This document shows positions 57,734 through 64,000 of a stretch of DNA of 64,000 nucleotides, in pieces. The position numbers and the translations under genes were made by a program. Below the pieces are notes generated by a model. That model had not been told where the DNA came from. It ran no database searches and worked only from the letters and a program-made list of their open reading frames with translations. The DNA lies in the IMG/VR virus record IMGVR_UViG_3300046673_000058, positions 1-64,000 of that record. One strand, 5' to 3'. The stretch's first letter is position 1; each line of letters begins with the position of its first letter. Source of the DNA: a virus.

Positions 57734-58027
57734 TTAGCGCGGATAACAACGTCGTTCCATGCCTTTTTTCGAGGGTTCTTTTTTCGTGACGATTAGCCCC
57801 TCTTTTTCTAATGAGCTAACCCTATACAATATTTGATAATAGTTAGGGCCGACCTCTTCCGACGGGTCATCTTTATTAAAATATCTGATGCTGCGTGTGA
57901 GTTCCACAACGCAGATTCCGGGATAGCTTTCGATTCGTCGCATGAGTAACACGTCGAGGTCGTCTGTGCCTTCATCAGAGGGGTGGAAACTCATTGTTGA
58001 TGGTGAACGCTGCCTCATGATAGCCAT
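57734..58027 (-). CDS. Winged-helix DNA-binding protein
   Basis: IESYPGI..EL...ILYRVSSLEKEGLI. Confidence 0.65.
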   Translation of the reverse strand: MAIMRQRSPSTMSFHPSDEGTDDLDVLLMRRIESYPGICVVELTRSIRYFNKDDPSEEVGPNYYQILYRVSSLEKEGLIVTKKEPSKKGMERRCYPR

Positions 58028-58440
58028 TTATTTATCCCCTCACTACCTTTAACACGTCAAGCTTAAATTGCACGCAGCCTTTTTCCGGATGTGTTTCTGC
58101 TGGTTCGCAGTGTTCTTTGTGAGTGCATTGGTCGCAGGTCTTCATTGTTTATCAGCTCTGTCTTCGAATTCTTCTTCGCGCAGTTCTAATTCATTCAGGC
58201 GCTCTTCTATCTCTTGGACCCTCACGCAGAGGACGTGCCACGCGCAGTCATTATCGCATGCCCTTTTGCCTTCTATCATGTCGTGCAGGTAGCAGAATGT
58301 CATTTATCAACCCCGTAGTCCACGTTCTCGAAGTCATAAAAGCCCAACTCACGCGCTTTAATAAGATGCTTGATGAGTGACCCGCATTTTTTCCTACATG
58401 CGCCAAGTTGTTCTTCTGGTGTTTGTTCGTCAGTCATTTT

Positions 58441-59220
58441 TCACACCAACGTCAACTGCTTAACCGCATTGCGCTTATCAAACTCGTCTTGCATTTCCGT
58501 CAGCGTTATCATCGGTTTAAACCCGTGTGGACTATCCGATTCATACTTCAATAACTGACCCCATAACTCAGGGTAATGCGTGTACAGATTGTATAATGAG
58601 TCTTTTCGTTGGTAAACACACAACCAACAACCAATTCTTTTAAATCTGTCATAAAGCGGGTTCAGCATGTCCCGTTCTTCTAAATACTTGATGCATTCTG
58701 CTTCTGTCCATTTCCATGTGATTAAAGGGAATTTATAATATTTTGATACTTGAAGTGCGAGTGTATTGCAGTGGTCGGCAAACGGCGCACAGCCGACGCA
58801 CTCAACTTCTTCTGAGTACATCTTCCTATTGGTGCGGTGGCGTTCGTCGTAAGCGATTCCTATCATGTGACAGTCATCATCCCCGGGTTTGGGAAACGCT
58901 TTAAACTCGCGGCGTATCCAGCAATTTCGTGGAAATGCTGCGTATGGGAAGCCTAAGACGGTTCCTTTTAATTGTCCTCTTTCACGGACCCGATAGAACC
59001 GCTCATCGAATGGTGTTGATGATGTGACGCGTCGTTCGATTTTTATGCCGTAGTCTGCGATGTATGCGTCTAGCTTATCGAGATAAGTGTAAAGTTCCGG
59101 GAACTCAAGCGTGGTGTCCAGGAAGAGTGCTGAGTCGACCGGGTCGCCGTTCTCAAGGGCGTGGAGAAGCATAGCGGTTGAATCCTTGCCGCCAGATACG
59201 AGATAGATATTATTACTCAT
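58441..59220 (-). CDS. PAPS-reductase-family (PP-loop) protein
   Basis: SGGKDS, DTTLEFPE, GIAYDE, RIGCWLC. Confidence 0.9.
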   Translation of the reverse strand: MSNNIYLVSGGKDSTAMLLHALENGDPVDSALFLDTTLEFPELYTYLDKLDAYIADYGIKIERRVTSSTPFDERFYRVRERGQLKGTVLGFPYAAFPRNCWIRREFKAFPKPGDDDCHMIGIAYDERHRTNRKMYSEEVECVGCAPFADHCNTLALQVSKYYKFPLITWKWTEAECIKYLEERDMLNPLYDRFKRIGCWLCVYQRKDSLYNLYTHYPELWGQLLKYESDSPHGFKPMITLTEMQDEFDKRNAVKQLTLV

Positions 59221-59993
59221 TGCTTATTTTTCTCCAGTTCCCGTTTCCATTTAGCTTTAAAAGCGCTGAATATGTCCAAAAATTCGCCGAACTTCTCCGG
59301 GACGTCGTAATTATGTAAGTGAAATTCCTCTGCTATAGTTTGGTGCTCAACGTCAATATGTAACAGAAATGAAATGTCTGGAATTTTGCCGTAAGTTTCA
59401 TTATAACAGGCAGCGTACGCCGCGAGTTGCCATTGGCTCTCTTCAGTCAGCGTCGAACCCGTTTTAAAATCTACTAAAATAATTTGTTCACCGTGTCTTT
59501 TTGTGTTTTGTTTGGCTACTAAATCACACGCGCCTGCATAGCCGTGTTTTTTACTTACAAGATAGGCTTCGACGAGTAAGGGGGATAATTCGTTTTCTTT
59601 AATCCACTTCTCTATCTGAAACATAATTGCGCTTATTTTATGGTCTGCCTTCCGCTCTTCAGAGATGTCTTGGTTGTTAAAGCGTTTTTCGATGATGTGG
59701 TGGATTTTTGTACCTATTGCGCCTTTCTCATCTCGGTAGTTATCCGCTGCTTTCTTGGCGTTTTTAATTATTTTTTCAATGTTGAGTTCGCATGTGCCTT
59801 CGATGGAACAGATAAGTTGACTTTTTATTTCTCCTTCCATCATTTTGAGTTGCCAAGGGGTAAGGAACGGTTTAGCTAACACATTTAAGATACTTGTCAC
59901 TGAAGGATATTCTCGACCCTCGCCATCGACGTAACACCTGCCATAAGCGCGGTATTTTTGCTTAAGCATCATTTTCTCCTGATTCTGCGACAC
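59217..59993 (-). CDS. PD-(D/E)XK exonuclease (Cas4/RecB-like)
   Basis: YPSVTSIL, GTKIH, YAGACD, VDFKTG, QLAAY. Confidence 0.85.
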   Translation of the reverse strand: MSQNQEKMMLKQKYRAYGRCYVDGEGREYPSVTSILNVLAKPFLTPWQLKMMEGEIKSQLICSIEGTCELNIEKIIKNAKKAADNYRDEKGAIGTKIHHIIEKRFNNQDISEERKADHKISAIMFQIEKWIKENELSPLLVEAYLVSKKHGYAGACDLVAKQNTKRHGEQIILVDFKTGSTLTEESQWQLAAYAACYNETYGKIPDISFLLHIDVEHQTIAEEFHLHNYDVPEKFGEFLDIFSAFKAKWKRELEKNKQ

Positions 59994-60115
59994 AACGTTG
60001 GCAGTGTTGACTTATGCCCTTCCTCGCGTGCACCGCGCTAAATCCCTTCACACACACATACCCTTTATTGCGCGAACGCTCATCACCACACACAATCACC
60101 GGCTTTTTCGACTTC

Positions 60116-60331
60116 TTAGGACTCATCAGCCACCTTTCTCCTATTGTGCCACCAGAAACGCTGGTATGCGGCGTGGTCTTGATATAACGCTTGGGGAATA
60201 CAGTTTGTACAAAATCGTTTATTTTGCCACCCGTTTACTCTTACTACATAGCGGCCCTTTTTTTGAGCGGTTACGATGGTGAAAGGCTGATTGCATAAGC
60301 GACAGATGCGTGTGATTGTTTTTTCTCTCAT
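60116..60331 (-). CDS. Small zinc-finger protein
   Basis: CRLC...CTNC. Confidence 0.5.
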   Translation of the reverse strand: MREKTITRICRLCNQPFTIVTAQKKGRYVVRVNGWQNKRFCTNCIPQALYQDHAAYQRFWWHNRRKVADES

Positions 60332-60334
60332 GTT

Positions 60335-60622
60335 TTAGCCTTCAAACACCACGTTGTATCGATTAATCAACCAATTAACACACTTTTTTGTCGTGTTCAT
60401 TAGTTCAACCGTATATGGAGAGATTAACGATATAACCTGAAAAGGGACTATATACGTATCTTCAAATCGCACATCTACTTGGTCACCAATCATACAATTG
60501 TATACGGCTTCGATTGAGTTGATGTATAGGCGCACGGATGTTCGCGAGAAACGAAAGTCCAGAATATCGATGCTGCTGCACGCGGTTGGTTTTTCTAATG
60601 GCGTATTACATATTAGGGTCAT
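60335..60622 (-). CDS. Hypothetical protein
   Basis: ORF in operon. Confidence 0.45.
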   Translation of the reverse strand: MTLICNTPLEKPTACSSIDILDFRFSRTSVRLYINSIEAVYNCMIGDQVDVRFEDTYIVPFQVISLISPYTVELMNTTKKCVNWLINRYNVVFEG

Positions 60623-60625
60623 GTT

Positions 60626-60961
60626 TTAAACCGTTAAAAATGGTTTCCACTTCGGCCTCGTATCAATCCGCTTTCTCCAAATCTCTGCGTCCCTGACGAC
60701 GTGTTCGTTATGCGATTTAAATGACATCAGATGGCCGAACATAAGGTGATGGTTCGCCCCAGTAGTGCAGAGCGTTATGAGATTAGTAGGCTCTAACTCC
60801 AACGCTGGATAGAGATAATAAGGATAGATATGATGCGCGGTTAATCGCTTCCGGGCGCCACATACGGCACATTCGGGATGTTGTTTAATAAAGAGTCTTC
60901 GGACTTTAGGCCAATCGTCGCTGCGTTTGAACGTGGATAAGAAGAGCTCGTCTTTCTTCAT
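60626..60961 (-). CDS. Small HNH endonuclease
   Basis: W.KVR..HPECAVCG..AHHI..NLITLC..HH. Confidence 0.8.
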   Translation of the reverse strand: MKKDELFLSTFKRSDDWPKVRRLFIKQHPECAVCGARKRLTAHHIYPYYLYPALELEPTNLITLCTTGANHHLMFGHLMSFKSHNEHVVRDAEIWRKRIDTRPKWKPFLTV

Positions 60962-61270
60962 CTAGTCACAACTTATATCATTATCGTAGCACACCAAAGA
61001 AGGGTCGCTGCCGTCTGGTAGTCGCTCACCCTCATCATCCCTACATACAAAAATCTTCTCGATTGTTTGCTCTATGTAATATTTTCCTGCACTGTACGGG
61101 TGTACTGCTACTGCTTGCGGAGCCATCATCATGTAGCCAATTCTCCCTTTATACCGCGCGTTTAATGTATCCCAGTCTGGTTCGTCATAATACTCTCTTT
61201 GATACACGAGCCTATACAGCTCGTCTTTTCTAAACCTAGCCTGGCTGACTTCTTCTTCTGTTTCAGTCAT
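60962..61270 (-). CDS. Hypothetical protein
   Basis: AGGT RBS. Confidence 0.5.
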   Translation of the reverse strand: MTETEEEVSQARFRKDELYRLVYQREYYDEPDWDTLNARYKGRIGYMMMAPQAVAVHPYSAGKYYIEQTIEKIFVCRDDEGERLPDGSDPSLVCYDNDISCD

Positions 61271-61319
61271 TTTTACCTAAAGGAGGTTTTGTTAGCCATG
61301 TCTCATTTTTAGTTAGTGC

Positions 61320-61391
61320 CGGGGACGGGGGGACTCGAACCCCCAATAGTTACGCCCACAGCCGGCCTGCGCTGCACCACGCGTCGCCCCC
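61320..61391 (-). tRNA. tRNA-like element, probably a degenerate tRNA-His(GTG)
   Basis: Acceptor GGGGGCG/CGTCCCC, T arm GGGGG-TTCGAGT-CCCCC, D stem GCGT/GCGC; anticodon stem poorly paired; no encoded CCA. Confidence 0.7.
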
Positions 61392-61446
61392 ATAGCCTAA
61401 TCCTTCATCTACTTTCTGAAACACAGCAATAAAAGAAAAGACGCCG

Positions 61447-61728
61447 CTATAGAGCCCTTATAGGAGGTCTAACTACCGCTTGCAGTTCCTTTATCTGCCG
61501 CTGCTGCTCGTTAACGATTTGCTTGAGTTCTATTACGGTATGATACATCTCCGTGGCCAGCTTGCCGTGTGTAGCCATACGGGCCTCGAAGTCGCGCAGC
61601 CACGCGTCTGATTGTTCCATGTGTTCGTCGATGCGTGTGTGTGCGTTATTCACGTCGTCGAGTATGTTCTCTTTCCATAACGCTTCAATCGGACTTGTGT
61701 TAGTCCCGGGCCCTACCCCCCCTTGCAT
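61447..61728 (-). CDS. Coiled-coil hypothetical protein
   Basis: GGGGGT RBS; heptad pattern. Confidence 0.55.
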   Translation of the reverse strand: MQGGVGPGTNTSPIEALWKENILDDVNNAHTRIDEHMEQSDAWLRDFEARMATHGKLATEMYHTVIELKQIVNEQQRQIKELQAVVRPPIRAL

Positions 61729-61781
61729 TGTTTTACCCCCTCACAGTACTCAAACAACTTACTAAGTGTTCGTTATGTTAC

Positions 61782-62282
61782 TTAACCCTTCTTCAACGTC
61801 TGCGATTGTAAAAATTCCTCTGGTGTTTTTGTACCCTTCTTTAAATTACAAGAGGCACATGAGATTACTATATTTTCTATGGTGTTTGAACCACCGCGTG
61901 ATACTGGGATTTTATGGTCTACATGAATCACATTGTCAAACGATGAATAAAGCAGTTCACCGCAGTAAAAACAAAAACCTTCTTGTTGTTCGAACTGCCC
62001 ATATAATTCATCAATCGTATAATCACCTTTCCCATTAAGCCTAGCACGGCGCCTGTGTTGTGATAGTCTACAATTCTCTGGATGCTCTTTCTGCCACTTT
62101 CTCACTCGTTTGAACTCTTTTTCAGTGTGCGCTTTATAATATTTGCGGTCTGATTCGCGCTTTCTTATGTATGCCGTACAGTCTTGACAATACTTACGAT
62201 TACTCCACCCTAGCACAGACGTATTAATAATTACAGATTCGCCACATCGCTCACACGTCTTCTTAAATGATAAGCCAGTCAT
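61782..62282 (-). CDS. HNH homing endonuclease (paralog of 33383..34009)
   Basis: FEQQEGFCFYCGELLY..HVDHKIPVSRGG..SCASCN. Confidence 0.9.
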   Translation of the reverse strand: MTGLSFKKTCERCGESVIINTSVLGWSNRKYCQDCTAYIRKRESDRKYYKAHTEKEFKRVRKWQKEHPENCRLSQHRRRARLNGKGDYTIDELYGQFEQQEGFCFYCGELLYSSFDNVIHVDHKIPVSRGGSNTIENIVISCASCNLKKGTKTPEEFLQSQTLKKG

Positions 62283-62632
62283 CTTTATTTTCCGGTAAGG
62301 ACTGGCATATTCGCAGGGGTTTTTACCTTTGGTTTTACTCCTGTCACCAGTTCAGTCATCGCTAGGGGTATTGCGCATATCGTCAACAGTATTAACGCGA
62401 CAACACTCTGCGAATACACTTTAGTTCGCGTGAACATCTTTTACCTCCTCTACTACTTTAATCGCTTCCAGAAGCTTACACATCTTCAATCCGCACGAGT
62501 CACAGACTTCTGTTCCTATATCTACCAGCATCGGGCAGTGTTCTGGGTCGAATTCACCCTGAATTGTCATGGTCTACGCCCCGAGCTTCAACAACCGACA
62601 GAGCACATTAAGAATGTGTGTGAACATCCTTC

Positions 62633-62914
62633 CTACGCCGCCACAATCCGGATTAATACCTCAGGGGCATTATAGTGTGCGAAAATTGCGTATGCTAGGG
62701 GGATTATAAAGCTAATTCCCACGGTGAATACTGCAAGGACCAGCGCCACAATGAGCGACACAATCCAACCAGCCGCGGAGCCCCATGACTTCTTCTTCAT
62801 AAGGATGCTATTTTCCCCTTCCTCTTTGACAGTGTACCCCTGCGTTATGAAATCATCACGCAGTGCGTCCATGTCGTCATAATCTCGTGCGTTTCTAAAT
62901 CTCGGACTTGACAT
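62633..62914 (-). CDS. Small membrane protein
   Basis: GGTGA RBS before MSSPRF..; hydrophobic hairpin. Confidence 0.65.
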   Translation of the reverse strand: MSSPRFRNARDYDDMDALRDDFITQGYTVKEEGENSILMKKKSWGSAAGWIVSLIVALVLAVFTVGISFIIPLAYAIFAHYNAPEVLIRIVAA

Positions 62915-63330
62915 TTTTTTCACCTTCGTAGTCTTCGACCGCGCGGATGACGTCAACAACGACTTCACCTATCGACGTGCGGAGTGTTCTGGCCTGTTCA
63001 GCCAACCATTCGTGTGCCTCGAGGGGCACTACTATGCTTTTCTTGTCGTTCATTCGTGTATCACCTCATTTTCTTACTGATAATATGAATTGCCTCGCCA
63101 ACGAGTATGCAAATGGCGACAGGCAGTGTAAGTATAACTGCTACGATTAGGCAGCACGTGTCGTTAAAGTTCATTTTCTACCTTTCTTCTCTACGTAAAC
63201 ACCCGGCGTATCAGGGAGGCCGACTACTTTCCGCGCGTAGCAGGAGGGGCACACATAACTATCAGGATTCGCGACCGTGAACTCCGCCATGCAGTTGGGG
63301 CATTTGATTTTGTGTCGTCTCCGGGTTGGC

Positions 63331-63555
63331 TTAATGGTAGTCATTTCTTCGCCTTCTTCCGCGCTCCAACTGTGTTATGCGCTCATTTTGCTGCTCTAAA
63401 ATTTGAAACAATACAAAAACTTCCCGCGTGAGTAATGTAGTCTCCGGCACGTCGCCCCGTTCCCACGCGTCATACGTTGCGCGTAATACCTTAGCTTCTG
63501 GATGTTCGGTTATTTCGCGCATCCTATCAAGCATCGCTTTTGCTATTTCAGTCAT
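63331..63555 (-). CDS. Hypothetical protein
   Basis: ORF in operon orientation. Confidence 0.45.
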   Translation of the reverse strand: MTEIAKAMLDRMREITEHPEAKVLRATYDAWERGDVPETTLLTREVFVLFQILEQQNERITQLERGRRRRNDYH

Positions 63556-64000
63556 TTCTTCGCCTTCTTCCGCAGTTTCTTCTCTGCCTTTCGTTTCTTT
63601 TCAGCGCTGCGTTGAATTACCTCTATCGAGAATTGTACGACGTCCATGGCAGGAATCATAACATAGTTACCTGCTTTGAACCATTGTTCATCGATTCTTT
63701 TGAGGTTTAATACCATCTTTCACCTTAAGAAGTGTAACAAGGACCGCCAACCCGTTCGGCAGGAGTCACTCTTCCGAACAGACGCCAGGGCTTTCTCTCC
63801 TGATATACCTTTCAAGCCTAACTTTTTGTTCCTAGATTGGCGGTCCTCGATTACTTTGTCGCATTCGGTAGTCGCTTCGTAGTCGCATAGTAAGCATGAA
63901 TAGAAAAGGGAGCGGCACGGTGTTACGAATGCAGCATTTGGAGGTGAATCGATATGGCCAGAAATTCCGTTCATCGTGTTACTCCCTTTTTTTGTTGTTA

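Noticed and set aside
59217-59993. Cas4 as evidence of a CRISPR system
   Set aside because: Lacks the Cas4 Fe-S cysteines; looks like a stand-alone viral exonuclease; no array
61292-61450. attP or prophage boundary at the tRNA-like gene
   Set aside because: No integrase, no host genes and no duplicated tRNA end within the window
53-63882. Numerous plus-strand ORFs in the track (e.g. 16213..16905, 34179..34733, 34767..35414)
   Set aside because: Antisense shadows of well-supported minus-strand genes, with no motifs or RBS; only 40620..40964 was kept

Overview
This window is a large part of a tailed dsDNA virus genome (Caudoviricetes, siphovirus-type), coded almost entirely on the minus strand. 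The host is probably an archaeon: GGTGA-type ribosome-binding sites, TATA-box promoters, an Hjc-like resolvase and RHH microproteins all point that way. From right to left it holds an accessory/early region (microproteins, a tRNA-like element, HNH nucleases, an exonuclease, a PAPS-reductase-family protein, three DNA methyltransferases, a displaced MuF protein with a RelA/SpoT-like toxin domain, LPD29, TnpB, a glycosyltransferase, a papain-like peptidase). Next comes packaging and head (TerS, TerL, intein-containing portal, a UDG-like cargo protein, HNH, XkdF-like protease, scaffold, decoration protein, major capsid protein). A block of fibre/BppU-like genes follows, then tail genes (tube, completion proteins, two chaperones, tape measure, Dit, a 3045-aa hub/adhesin) and tail-end genes including a second papain-like peptidase. 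The most notable signals are: (1) a paired set of envelope-attacking enzymes (two C1 peptidases, two putative glycosidase-like proteins) with shared propeptide, linker and docking segments; (2) a MuF alarmone-synthetase toxin separated from its probable immunity gene; (3) nested domain insertions in the adhesins; (4) a 28-aa microORF that mimics a portal helix; (5) a recurring 14-bp palindrome; (6) near-total GATC avoidance except in one gene. All calls come from reading motifs by eye; no database search was run.
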